From a virus: DNA of 44,729 bases. The notes under the pieces were generated by a model, which worked only from the letters and a program-made list of their open reading frames with translations, was not told the origin of the DNA and searched no databases. Below are positions 33,550 to 42,899 of this stretch, in pieces. The stretch covers positions 1-44,729 of the IMG/VR virus record IMGVR_UViG_3300013947_000009; one strand, given 5' to 3'. A program made the translations under genes and the position numbers. How positions within the stretch are numbered: the first letter of the stretch is position 1; each line of letters begins with the position of its first letter.

Positions 33550-34791
33550 TTATTTTGTGAGAATGTAAACTCCGTTAGTATCAAGGAGCTTACCATCCAT
33601 AATGCAAAGGCCCTTATTGAACCATTTATTTTTGTCATCGTCGAACCAACGCTTAAATCCGAGCTGAAGCTGGGTATTGACGGCATAATTTGACGGTTTC
33701 AAATAAATGCACCATGCATCGCCGCTCGAAGTAGCATCATAATCTTTAAGAATATCAGGCTCGACGAGCTGGACCTCACGACCTGCAAAACGACAAGTTG
33801 TTGCTCCATCAGTAGTATTAAATACTTCAGTTGCAAGAGGTCTATTGTTATTGTCCTTGAGCGTCATAATATAAGTTTCCCAAGTCGCGGCCGTCATGAT
33901 GAACATACCTTCACCACGATATGCAAGCGGGATTTTCGCAAAGAGCTTGGTCCTCCACTTAGTCCAATCTGCAAGCTCGGCAGAGGTGAAGGCAATCTTA
34001 TTGGCAGTCTTAATTCTTGTATCTTTGAGTATACCGAGAGGCTGGCCGCTACCAGTGCCGTTAATGATTACACGGTCAAACTCTTTGACAAATGCTTCAG
34101 CAAGAAGCTTAGCCATCTCGGTTTCGAGATAAGGAAGCGAAACGACCTGCGAAAGAAGAGACTGGGCGAGTCTTGCTTCGACAATGTGATAGCCGAACGA
34201 AACACTCGTTTTGATTTCAGGAACAGCCTGATCGTCAGATTTCGCGGTTGTCTCAGTTATCCATGTTACAGTCGGGACAAGTTCCTCAATCGGAAATTCT
34301 ACGCCACCCTTAACGTTGAGCTTTCTGACGCGGTTGAAGATGTTACCATAGACCTTGAGCTCTTTGATAAACTCGTTCATGATTGTATTCGGAATAATCT
34401 TACCGATATCCGTAGTCAGAAGAGTATCATCAGCTCTCTGCTCATACTCCCACTTGCCGGTCTGAACGTACTTCATGAACGCCGTACGATATTCGAGACT
34501 GTCAAGAGGACTCTCTGAGGTTCGGGTCTGATTCTGCTGAAAACTTCCGAGAGGATTGAATCCTCTGTGCTGAGCATTAGGCGGAACCTGAGAGCGCTGA
34601 CCCTCACCTTTATCATCGTCATCAAGAGCATCAAGCTGACTTCTGGCTTCATCCAATTCGTCGAGAACCGACTGAAGCGTTTCACCAAGAGCTCTGACTT
34701 CATCCGCAGTGGCAGCGTCTTTAATTTGCTGTCTAATCTGCTTTGCTCTTTCTTCCTTTGCTTTAATCAGCTTTTCAAGAAATTCTCTCAT
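33550..34791 (-). CDS. Major capsid protein, HK97 family
   Basis: Size, coiled-coil delta domain, position after the prohead protease. Confidence 0.88.
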   Translation of the reverse strand: MREFLEKLIKAKEERAKQIRQQIKDAATADEVRALGETLQSVLDELDEARSQLDALDDDDKGEGQRSQVPPNAQHRGFNPLGSFQQNQTRTSESPLDSLEYRTAFMKYVQTGKWEYEQRADDTLLTTDIGKIIPNTIMNEFIKELKVYGNIFNRVRKLNVKGGVEFPIEELVPTVTWITETTAKSDDQAVPEIKTSVSFGYHIVEARLAQSLLSQVVSLPYLETEMAKLLAEAFVKEFDRVIINGTGSGQPLGILKDTRIKTANKIAFTSAELADWTKWRTKLFAKIPLAYRGEGMFIMTAATWETYIMTLKDNNNRPLATEVFNTTDGATTCRFAGREVQLVEPDILKDYDATSSGDAWCIYLKPSNYAVNTQLQLGFKRWFDDDKNKWFNKGLCIMDGKLLDTNGVYILTK

Positions 34792-34804
34792 TAATATCTA
34801 CCTC

Positions 34805-35449
34805 CTAAATGTTATAGAGAAATTTAGCTTTGAGCTTTTCAAGCTCTAAATCAGTCTCCACCGATTCGTCACGTTTCTGTCTGGCAGTCTCCACCGCCTG
34901 ACGAGCGTTCTCCAACGCCTCTTTTCCACGCGCATTTATTTCAGTGCTTTCATAAGCCGGAAATGTTACTGCGCTTACTTCAACAACACTTGAAATGCTT
35001 TCAATATGTCTGGTTGGATAGTCAGAATCAAGGTCCTCCCATCGTTCCTGGTCAATTCCAAACATGAATGACATGCCTGAAATATCGCCGCGCTGAACAG
35101 CACTGTAAAGGGCTCTTGCTTCCGAGTTGTTCTCAATATCCAAAAGTACACGAATTGCCATACCGTCATCGTCAACCGATAATTGCATGGTTGAGGATTT
35201 TGTGTTTTTACGACTTCGCGCAAGAGGAATCTTACTGATATCATGGTTTACCAAAAATCGAACATCGGTCAAATCCGTCTTACTGAGCGCTCCGCGCTCG
35301 ATCACTTCCGCACAAAATCCCAAATCGGTTTTACTGTCATAAACAATCGGACGACCAGTTATAACGTTTCCGCTTTCAGTTTCTTCTGCACGTATTTCGA
35401 AATTATATTGCCTTTGTTCTAAAGGCTTTTTATTCTTCATCGTTTCCAC
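34805..35449 (-). CDS. HK97-family prohead protease (S78)
   Basis: Position between portal and capsid genes; VNHD, SFMF motifs. Confidence 0.85.
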   Translation of the reverse strand: METMKNKKPLEQRQYNFEIRAEETESGNVITGRPIVYDSKTDLGFCAEVIERGALSKTDLTDVRFLVNHDISKIPLARSRKNTKSSTMQLSVDDDGMAIRVLLDIENNSEARALYSAVQRGDISGMSFMFGIDQERWEDLDSDYPTRHIESISSVVEVSAVTFPAYESTEINARGKEALENARQAVETARQKRDESVETDLELEKLKAKFLYNI

Positions 35450-36656
35450 CCCCGTTACTCATTTGGTATTGTCCGGCATAATCGACATTGACATAGTTGA
35501 GCGATTGCATTCGAATTCCTTCAAGTTCAGGCAGCGGGCGCAATCCAAATGCAATACGCTTTTCATTTTCATATAACGATCCGCTATCACCGAGCAATCG
35601 CACCATTTCGAGCGTCTGGTCAACAGACATAAAAATTAAATCTTTCGGATAAAACTTAATTTGATTTCCAAATGATTTCTCTCTTGAAGTAAATAACGTC
35701 TTAGTAAATGCCTGTGATAATGCAATGATTAAAGGCTCGAGTGTTTTTTGGTAAAAGGCTTCATATTGCGCTTTAGTATAATCGCCTGTCAAAATTGGAA
35801 GCGGTACGCCAAAGTGACGGAGTATTTTCTCGTCAATAAATTTCAATGTCGCTTCGTCTACCATCTGAATAGTTCTATTTATAGGAATAAAATCGGAGGT
35901 GACATCAATCGGCAAGAATCCGCTTTCTGAATTTTTCAACTTAGCCTCAAGTTCTTTTAAGGCCTGTTCTGTTTTGGACCCGTCAATCATAGTTTTAATC
36001 TTAACAACTCCGTTAATCGCAAAACTTGATTTCATGGCTTTAGAAACGCCCTGCAGTAGTTGGTAATTCAAGTCCAATGTTTTTAATAGTGCATCATTAT
36101 CCGGCTGGCCGAGCTCGTTTCCGCCCATATACTCACTAACCGAATAATGATATTTAATGTGAATAATCTCCGAATACGGGATTGTCGTTTTATAATTGTT
36201 TGCGAATGTTAGAGTGACATATAATGTTTCGCTCGCGTCCTGAATAAAATCAACTTGAGTGGGAGCGACTGGATATAGTCCATCATACGATCTCTGCTCA
36301 TTCCCTTGCTTGTCTGTCCAAACATAATATGTTGGAATAACAAAAGCATTGTAATTGAATAGCAACTGCCAAATGATTTTCTCAATAAATTCGCTCGTAG
36401 TCATGAGTTCATTCGGATTTTGCAATGTAGTTTGAATACTGCTATTTACGGGCACCATATCCGAGCCATTCACTCTCACGTGTTGAGGATTCAACTTTTT
36501 CATTTCGGAAACAATACAATTTATAGCTTGTTGCACAACGTCGCTCGCATAAATATCATCGCCAAATTGTGAAAATATGGGCGTAAACCCGTTTAACATA
36601 TCAGCATATTTGCTACTTGAAGGGGGTTTTCTCCTCAATCTATCGAACCAACCCAA
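35430..36656 (-). CDS. Portal protein, HK97 family
   Basis: Size, gene order, sequence character. Confidence 0.85.
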   Translation of the reverse strand: MGWFDRLRRKPPSSSKYADMLNGFTPIFSQFGDDIYASDVVQQAINCIVSEMKKLNPQHVRVNGSDMVPVNSSIQTTLQNPNELMTTSEFIEKIIWQLLFNYNAFVIPTYYVWTDKQGNEQRSYDGLYPVAPTQVDFIQDASETLYVTLTFANNYKTTIPYSEIIHIKYHYSVSEYMGGNELGQPDNDALLKTLDLNYQLLQGVSKAMKSSFAINGVVKIKTMIDGSKTEQALKELEAKLKNSESGFLPIDVTSDFIPINRTIQMVDEATLKFIDEKILRHFGVPLPILTGDYTKAQYEAFYQKTLEPLIIALSQAFTKTLFTSREKSFGNQIKFYPKDLIFMSVDQTLEMVRLLGDSGSLYENEKRIAFGLRPLPELEGIRMQSLNYVNVDYAGQYQMSNGGGNDEE

Positions 36657-36695
36657 TCGCTACCACCACCTTTTAGTCAAATTATTATCTAAAAA

Positions 36696-37235
36696 TTAGA
36701 TACAAACGATATAACCCTCAAACGCTTCATCAGAAGTGAGAACGATATTCGATCCTGATACAGCAACGTCAACCAATGCTACACCATAAGTCGTTCCGTT
36801 CTTTCTCATGACAGCAAGAGGTCTTTTTCCGGCAGCGGCAACAGTATAAGTTACGTGGCCGTTCGAAGCTACCCAATTAGCAGTGGCGAATGAGAGATTT
36901 TCAGGAGCTTTGAGTCCTGCAAGTTTATTCTTTTCTGCTGTGGTATAATCTTCAGTTGAAAGACCTTTGCCGGATTCACGATCGACCTTGTTTTCAATCG
37001 CAGCCGAAGTAATATAGCCGCTGTCATTTGTCAGTTGACTTACTTTTGTCGGTACCGTCGGAATAGCTGCACTCGTGATGAATCCGCTGTCGTTCGTCAA
37101 ATCACTGGTCTTTGTAGGAACGGTGGGAATGTCGGTCTGTTTTGCGTAGTCAGCCTGAATTTCCGTAAAGTTCGCGTTTACTTTTGCAACTTCGTCTGAA
37201 ATAAATCCGCCAACTTTGATTACCTGCATTGCCAT
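36696..37235 (-). CDS. Fibre-like protein with duplicated IPTVPTK.S.LTNDSG(F/Y)ITSAAI motif
   Basis: LTNDSGFIT repeats typical of phage fibres; N-terminal KVNANFTEI. Confidence 0.6.
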   Translation of the reverse strand: MAMQVIKVGGFISDEVAKVNANFTEIQADYAKQTDIPTVPTKTSDLTNDSGFITSAAIPTVPTKVSQLTNDSGYITSAAIENKVDRESGKGLSTEDYTTAEKNKLAGLKAPENLSFATANWVASNGHVTYTVAAAGKRPLAVMRKNGTTYGVALVDVAVSGSNIVLTSDEAFEGYIVCI

Positions 37236-37253
37236 GAAAATTTCCTCCTTAAA

Positions 37254-37730
37254 TTAGTTAAGTTTTATTCCGATAACCCGTGTAATAGGTCTATCGCTAA
37301 ATGATGTTATGTACCGTGCTGCGGCATTCGTTCTGATTCCGCTGTAAACATTATTGCTCACTTTTAACTGTGTTTTCGCACTAACCTCAACGTTGCACAT
37401 GTACAGGTTGCAACCTTCCATAAGGTCAAAATCAGATTCGCAATTCATAACCTTAAATTTTGAGCCTACAGCAATTTTCTGGATTGATTCCCAACACGAT
37501 GAACTTTCACGCTGAATAATAACTCCATCAAACTTTGTTATGTCGTCACTCAACGCGATAATAGAAGTGTTTTCTGAGCTATTTGACGGAATATTTGCTG
37601 AACCAGTGAACAACACTTTATAGCTAATAGGTTGGTATGTTAATTTATTCACAAGTTCGGCGAAATTCGCGTTGATTCCTGTTATGAAATTCTTCACGCT
37701 TGTTCCCAATTTAAAAACCGTCATACTCAA
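37254..37730 (-). CDS. Hypothetical structural-like protein, 158 aa (N-terminal GINANFAEL similar to the neighbouring gene)
   Basis: ORF track; shared N-terminal motif. Confidence 0.55.
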   Translation of the reverse strand: MSMTVFKLGTSVKNFITGINANFAELVNKLTYQPISYKVLFTGSANIPSNSSENTSIIALSDDITKFDGVIIQRESSSCWESIQKIAVGSKFKVMNCESDFDLMEGCNLYMCNVEVSAKTQLKVSNNVYSGIRTNAAARYITSFSDRPITRVIGIKLN

Positions 37731-38032
37731 TCCCCCATCAAATACACTTTGCAGGTAGCCGGCTCGTCGAAATAAAGCATAAAATCACCGTTTGATAAAA
37801 TGTCATAATTAGGAATTACATTCTCCCAGCTTCCATCGCTTTTTCTTCGAATAACCTTTGTAACGCTGTAGGCATTTCCCAGACCGTGACTTGCTGCAAA
37901 AATTGTAGCAGCCCAACGCCCGTCCGTTTGCTTTTCGAAATGATTTTCACCAAATGTTTTTGGATATGACGCCGTATTAACCACCTCCAATGATTTGCTT
38001 GAATTCGGTGCGGTAACGTCGATACATTTCAT
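37727..38032 (-). CDS. Hypothetical protein, up to 101 aa; start uncertain (overlaps the terL 3' end by 56 nt)
   Basis: ORF track. Confidence 0.45.
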   Translation of the reverse strand: MKCIDVTAPNSSKSLEVVNTASYPKTFGENHFEKQTDGRWAATIFAASHGLGNAYSVTKVIRRKSDGSWENVIPNYDILSNGDFMLYFDEPATCKVYLMGD

Positions 38033-39683
38033 ACAGAATGATTTTAGTTACAGCCCCGTCAATTCGTTTTGATGTTTCTTGCTTAACACATAGTCCTTGG
38101 CCGCGATCATCAACTTTAATTCCTGCGTTTTTCAAGCACCATTTATCAATTCTGTTTTCGTTGTAGTTAATAAGCCGGTGTTTAAAATCCGCTTCAACGA
38201 GTTTCATAGCGTTCGAAAGAGTTTGAGCATTTTGAAGAATCATAACTAAATCTTCGTTAGCTTTAACCCAACCATATATTTCCATACGGTTAATCCAATC
38301 TTTCGCAAAGCGTTGGTCATATCCGCATTTCCAAAGTTTGATATCATAATCGGTGTAAAGTTTATAAAACCAATCAGCAACGACAGCGAGGTCAATATCA
38401 TTTCCCTCAGTTATAGTTAATAGACCCTCACCAGCCCAATCCTTATAGCGTGCTCCAGCATTCCAGTCGTCTGAATCTTCCAATTTAGATTCAGGGATAA
38501 AGTACATCGTATGGATATATTTGGTTGTGTCGTCAGGTTTCATCAAAAGAATTTTAGCGCAAGTCAGGTCAGTTGTTTCTGAAAGGTCAACCGCTCCCAA
38601 ACAAATGCTGCCTCGAAAATTCTCAAGGTCATAAACAGCTTCATAATCATAATCTTCTACATTCAACCATGCTTCTGCTGAGTTTTGTTTTATATTAAAA
38701 TCTTTTGATAATACGAAAATTCGGTCTGCCTTTGATTTTTTGGCAAGGTCAATCTGCTCGTCAAGGTAGTCCCATTTTTTAACAATCCCAAGTGTTGGAT
38801 TTGATTTCATCCATGACCTGCGATTCTGCCAAATTTCTTGCTCGGAGTCTTGAGTGTAAAACCAAGGAAGAAGTCTCGCAGCAGCTGGGCCATCGTCTTC
38901 TCCGCGAATCACCGCTCGTGCCTTTTTTAACTCATCATCAAGATAACCATCAATAACAAATCCTTCGGTTGTAATGTTTATGAATTTAGGGTTATCTTTC
39001 AATGATTGAGATTGCTCTATTGATTTACCGATAATGTTTTCTTGCATTTCGTGCGTTTCGTCAATAATAGCAAAATCAATATTTCGTCCCTCTTTATTTC
39101 GAGTACGGTCAGACAGTTTAAAAATTTTACTGTTTGTCTGCTTATTTAGAATGAACCGCTGATTTCTCTTAGTATCAAGATCGTCAGGGTCAATGAGTCG
39201 ACGCATTGTGTCGATTGCATCATATGTAATGCTCGCCTGATTGTCATCGTTTGAGCTGCAAACTATATCTGCGCCTTCATTTCCAACAATGAGCTCGCTC
39301 AATCCTAAAGCTGAACAAGTTTCTGATTTTGTATTCTTTCTGGCAATTAGCAAGATTACTTTCTTGAATCTATCAAAGCTGGTATCAGCCATTTTGAATG
39401 AGTAAACAGTCTCAATAAATGCTTTCTGCCAAAGCATCAAAACCATTGGCTTATTATAGAAAGGAGACTTTGTTAGCCGGACACAATTTTCCATGAAGTC
39501 CATGCGAAGCATGGCGTTATCGGTGTCATAGAAATACGCGTCGTTTGCAAAATCTTCTTTGAGGTTTTGGAGCTCTTGCCAAAGCTCTTGGCCGACAATG
39601 ATTTCACCGCATTCAATACGCGCGCGGTATTCCAACAAGGAACTGTTGTCAGGCGTCCACAATTTTCGTTCTTTAATCAACAT
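37977..39683 (-). CDS. terL: Terminase large subunit (Terminase_1 type)
   Basis: Size; ATPase LLIARKNTKSE, IIDETHE; position. Confidence 0.9.
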   Translation of the reverse strand: MLIKERKLWTPDNSSLLEYRARIECGEIIVGQELWQELQNLKEDFANDAYFYDTDNAMLRMDFMENCVRLTKSPFYNKPMVLMLWQKAFIETVYSFKMADTSFDRFKKVILLIARKNTKSETCSALGLSELIVGNEGADIVCSSNDDNQASITYDAIDTMRRLIDPDDLDTKRNQRFILNKQTNSKIFKLSDRTRNKEGRNIDFAIIDETHEMQENIIGKSIEQSQSLKDNPKFINITTEGFVIDGYLDDELKKARAVIRGEDDGPAAARLLPWFYTQDSEQEIWQNRRSWMKSNPTLGIVKKWDYLDEQIDLAKKSKADRIFVLSKDFNIKQNSAEAWLNVEDYDYEAVYDLENFRGSICLGAVDLSETTDLTCAKILLMKPDDTTKYIHTMYFIPESKLEDSDDWNAGARYKDWAGEGLLTITEGNDIDLAVVADWFYKLYTDYDIKLWKCGYDQRFAKDWINRMEIYGWVKANEDLVMILQNAQTLSNAMKLVEADFKHRLINYNENRIDKWCLKNAGIKVDDRGQGLCVKQETSKRIDGAVTKIILYEMYRRYRTEFKQIIGGG

Positions 39684-39972
39684 CTTGTCTCGATTTCACC
39701 CATTTCCTGAGCGGTGATTCCTCATCGTTCTCATCTTGTCCGGAAACACGCGCGAGAATTTTCAAGCTGTTATTGTATTGCTGCAAAAACTCTTTATATA
39801 GTTTTGCTGCTGCGGTAGATTTTTGTTGACTCGGGTTTTTAGGGTTAATACTGATAAAAGGATATTTTTTTAGCTCGACGAGTTGATTCTCGATATATAT
39901 AATCTCGTCTATCAATCGAATAAATAGCTCATTGTCACCAACAATCTTTAATAGCTCATCTTTTCTATTCAT
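39673..39972 (-). CDS. terS: Terminase small subunit, P27-family-like, 99 aa
   Basis: Adjacent to terL; AAKLYKEFLQQYNNSLKILA pattern; ATG 39972 overlaps the upstream stop. Confidence 0.65.
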   Translation of the reverse strand: MNRKDELLKIVGDNELFIRLIDEIIYIENQLVELKKYPFISINPKNPSQQKSTAAAKLYKEFLQQYNNSLKILARVSGQDENDEESPLRKWVKSRQDVD

Positions 39973-41180
39973 TACGCTGTCCTCTTCCACATGTAGCAAG
40001 TAATATAAGGCTGCAAGTTGTTGTGGGCATCGCCACCGCCGACTGAATTCGTTGCTCCTTGTGCGCCCGTAAAAGTGTGCTCATGAGAAGTTGTTTCACC
40101 TTTAAAAGTGTGATCGTGGTAATTTGTTTCACCTTTAAAAGTATGTTTATGAGAAGCGCTTGCACCTGTAAAAGTATGTTTGTGAGAAGCGGCAGTACCC
40201 GTAAAAGTATGTGTATGAGCACCTGCACTTGCAGCTGTACCGCTTACTGTATGTGTATGAGCACCTGCTGATGAGCTCGTATGACTACCATAATCATTAG
40301 CAGTATTAAGTCCCGCTGTCACGTTTCTCGCATCTCCTGCCGCGCAACGTAATTTTCTGTAGCCATATCGGTGTGTATGAGCACCTGCACTTGCAGCTGT
40401 ACCGCTTACTGTATGTGTATGAGCACCTGCTGAAGCAATCGTACCACTCGGAGTAATTGAAGTGCTTTCAATCGTACCACTCGGAGTAATTGAAGTGCTT
40501 TCAATCGTACCACTCGGAGTAATAATAGCCGTCTTAACCACGCCTTTCACTTCAACTGAAGCACTTCCGATTGTACCGCTTGGAGTAAATATATGGTTAT
40601 GTGACGGCACTTGGTTTTGCGTCAGAGTGTGAGTTGTTTCACCACCTGTTTTTTCAACGGCATTAAATTCCGTTTGAGAAGTATCTACGCCTACAGGTAC
40701 TTGACCCGTTCCCCAAGTTTCCCAAGTACCACCGAATAAAGTTGAGGGGTCTATATTATTTATAGACATATAAATTGAACCAACCGGATAAACTCGCAAT
40801 AAAATATCCTCAAGCACCTCAGGATAGTTCGCATAATATATAAGCCTGCTACGTTGCTGCAAAGTCATATTTCCAGTAATTTTTGAAGGAAACACAAAAC
40901 TTATTGTTTCTGATTCACTCTCCAAAGACGTGAATTGGGCCTCAATACTTGCATTTTCTACATAATAATCAACCGGAATTAATACATTATTCTCAGAATT
41001 CGCAACCAAATTGATCGTAGTAGCCATTGAACCATTTCTGTATATATTTAATTTAGGGTTAGTTTTATTTCCAACGGTGATAGCAATGAAAATTCGGTTA
41101 GTACCATCGTCTATGCTATCCAAACATTCGCAAACAAAGTCCGTGCAAGTTAATGTAACCGTATTTTTCACGATTTTCAC
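39972..41180 (-). CDS. Tail-collar-domain fibre-like protein with about 12 tandem G.H.H(T/I)(F/V) repeats
   Basis: VGSIYMS...LFGGTWE collar motif; SAGAHTHTVSGTAA repeats; C-terminal GGDAHNNLQPYITCYMWKRTA. Confidence 0.75.
   Translation of the reverse strand: MKIVKNTVTLTCTDFVCECLDSIDDGTNRIFIAITVGNKTNPKLNIYRNGSMATTINLVANSENNVLIPVDYYVENASIEAQFTSLESESETISFVFPSKITGNMTLQQRSRLIYYANYPEVLEDILLRVYPVGSIYMSINNIDPSTLFGGTWETWGTGQVPVGVDTSQTEFNAVEKTGGETTHTLTQNQVPSHNHIFTPSGTIGSASVEVKGVVKTAIITPSGTIESTSITPSGTIESTSITPSGTIASAGAHTHTVSGTAASAGAHTHRYGYRKLRCAAGDARNVTAGLNTANDYGSHTSSSAGAHTHTVSGTAASAGAHTHTFTGTAASHKHTFTGASASHKHTFKGETNYHDHTFKGETTSHEHTFTGAQGATNSVGGGDAHNNLQPYITCYMWKRTA
40060..40610. repeat. In-frame tandem DNA repeats encoding PSGTIES and HxH units; coordinates approximate
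   Basis: Repeated gtatgtgtatgagcacctgc / caatcgtaccactcggagtaattgaagtgctt blocks. Confidence 0.8.
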
Positions 41181-41279
41181 CGCCTTTTCATTTTTTCCAA
41201 TTTTTTAAAATCAAAAATCTGGTTTTTTCACTTTATGTGAAACGAATGGACCCTCTAACAGTTCCCTTTGGAGAAAATT

Positions 41280-41963
41280 TCAGCAAGACCTGGGGGGACC
41301 CCCGAATTTCTCCCACCAATCAGAAATATATTTTTCCCATTCAACTAAATCACGATCTGAACAATCTTTTAGTCGCTGCAAACAAGTTTCTTTGTCTGTA
41401 TCAATAAATATTTCTCTTGCTCCAAGCGATTTAATTAACCGTTCGCGCTCGCTAATTAAAGGATATCCGCCTATAACATAAGCATTGAGCCACTTGCCAC
41501 GACGAACACGAACCATATCAATTAAAGAATCTCTTACAGCAAATACATTCTGTCTGAGCCTGTTAGGTTTAATGTATCTGTCGCACCCCGAAATACATTG
41601 CCATATGTTATCCATATCGACAATAAGATCGCCCTCTGACATATTATCTTTAACCCAAGTAGACTTGCCGCTTAACGGCGAGCCATACACCAAGAACACT
41701 TGTCTCTGAGCATAGCCCAACTTGTTGTGTATAATGTTATGACAACGATGATGAACCAACTGAATCAAATCAGGATTGAGAGATATGGAAGCATCCATAT
41801 AGTTAAACTCATCGAGTACTACCGAATGATGTCCAATACAATCGTATGCTTTAACTATCGGTCTACCGCAATGCTCGCATATGATTTGACCTTCATCATT
41901 TGCACGTTGTAGCTTAATGAGAGTTAATAAGTCTCGCCATTCATTCGACGTATAATCAAACAC
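41280..41963 (-). CDS. HNH endonuclease fused to a P-loop kinase-like (AAA_33/zeta-like) domain
   Basis: CEHCG...HH......N...LVHHRCHNIIH; then VYGSPLSGKST Walker A. Confidence 0.75.
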   Translation of the reverse strand: MFDYTSNEWRDLLTLIKLQRANDEGQIICEHCGRPIVKAYDCIGHHSVVLDEFNYMDASISLNPDLIQLVHHRCHNIIHNKLGYAQRQVFLVYGSPLSGKSTWVKDNMSEGDLIVDMDNIWQCISGCDRYIKPNRLRQNVFAVRDSLIDMVRVRRGKWLNAYVIGGYPLISERERLIKSLGAREIFIDTDKETCLQRLKDCSDRDLVEWEKYISDWWEKFGGPPRSC

Positions 41964-42372
41964 ATCTAATCACCAACGTAGTTACGCCGCTCCATTGCTC
42001 TGAAGTTATAGTTTCTGAACTTAAATTCGTAATGACAGTAGATACTCCATGTTCTCCGTTCTGTGTGAGTATATAAGATTTAACGTCCAGGCTTTTCAAG
42101 ATTGTCTCTTGATTATATGTCGTTGAATTCGGGTTAGGCGCGATAGTGTTACATGTAACAAAACAACTTGCCTCAGGTTGCTCTCCGGGTTTACCGAAAA
42201 ACGGCTCATATTTGACGCCTAATCCAGCTTTACCAATATATAAACTCATTGATTGATTTGGAGCCAAAGTGCCGACATGACTTGATGGTACATAAGTCTT
42301 GAGCGTTTGAGGAATTTCCACTTGACACTTGTTTTCGCAAATACCATAGATATGTTCATGCGCCATTACCAA
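41956..42372 (-). CDS. Hypothetical protein, 138 aa
   Basis: ORF in the late operon. Confidence 0.6.
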   Translation of the reverse strand: MVMAHEHIYGICENKCQVEIPQTLKTYVPSSHVGTLAPNQSMSLYIGKAGLGVKYEPFFGKPGEQPEASCFVTCNTIAPNPNSTTYNQETILKSLDVKSYILTQNGEHGVSTVITNLSSETITSEQWSGVTTLVIRCV

Positions 42373-42899
42373 TCATTCCTTTCAATCTGTATTTCTTTGA
42401 GCTCAAGCTCGCGTTTTTTGAGCTTTAAACCTTGAGGATCGTTAGCCCAATTATCAGGGTCATAATTTTTCAAAGCCAAATTCAAAGCTGCTACATCGGG
42501 CAAGGCCTGCTTTTCAGCAACTTCAGTTTTAACCAATTTACTTTCAGATAGCTGTTCTTCAGTGAATCCGCTTCTCAAAAGATACTCATAAATATGTTCA
42601 GGCAGCTTAACCGCCTCAGTAACCGTTTTTGTCTCGTTGTACTTAAAACCTAAAGCTCTTTGTATTAAAGCTCCTCTGAGTTTCAATACAACTGACTGAC
42701 GGCCTTTTTTAATGATTTCTCGTAATTCTTCTTTTTCTGTTTTATAGCGGTTAAAAGTGCTGTAACCGATACCCAGATTTTGAGCAATTTGTCTTTCCGT
42801 AGCACCACTTTCAAGCCATTTAGAAATTTGAGAAAAATGAGCTTTTACGTCTGTTTCATACTTATTCTTCCGGCCCCGTTTCGCCATTAGAACCATCAC
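42366..42899 (-). CDS. HTH DNA-binding protein resembling terminase small subunits (second TerS-like gene); start may be ATG 42887
   Basis: RGRKNKYE...ESGATERQIAQNLGIGYSTFNRYK pattern. Confidence 0.55.
   Translation of the reverse strand: MMVLMAKRGRKNKYETDVKAHFSQISKWLESGATERQIAQNLGIGYSTFNRYKTEKEELREIIKKGRQSVVLKLRGALIQRALGFKYNETKTVTEAVKLPEHIYEYLLRSGFTEEQLSESKLVKTEVAEKQALPDVAALNLALKNYDPDNWANDPQGLKLKKRELELKEIQIERNDW

Noticed and set aside
40060-40610. Regular short DNA repeats that could be mistaken for a CRISPR array (also 27700-28330)
   Set aside because: The repeats are in frame inside long ORFs (HxH fibre, tape measure). The 'spacers' are themselves related, and there are no cas genes or leader.
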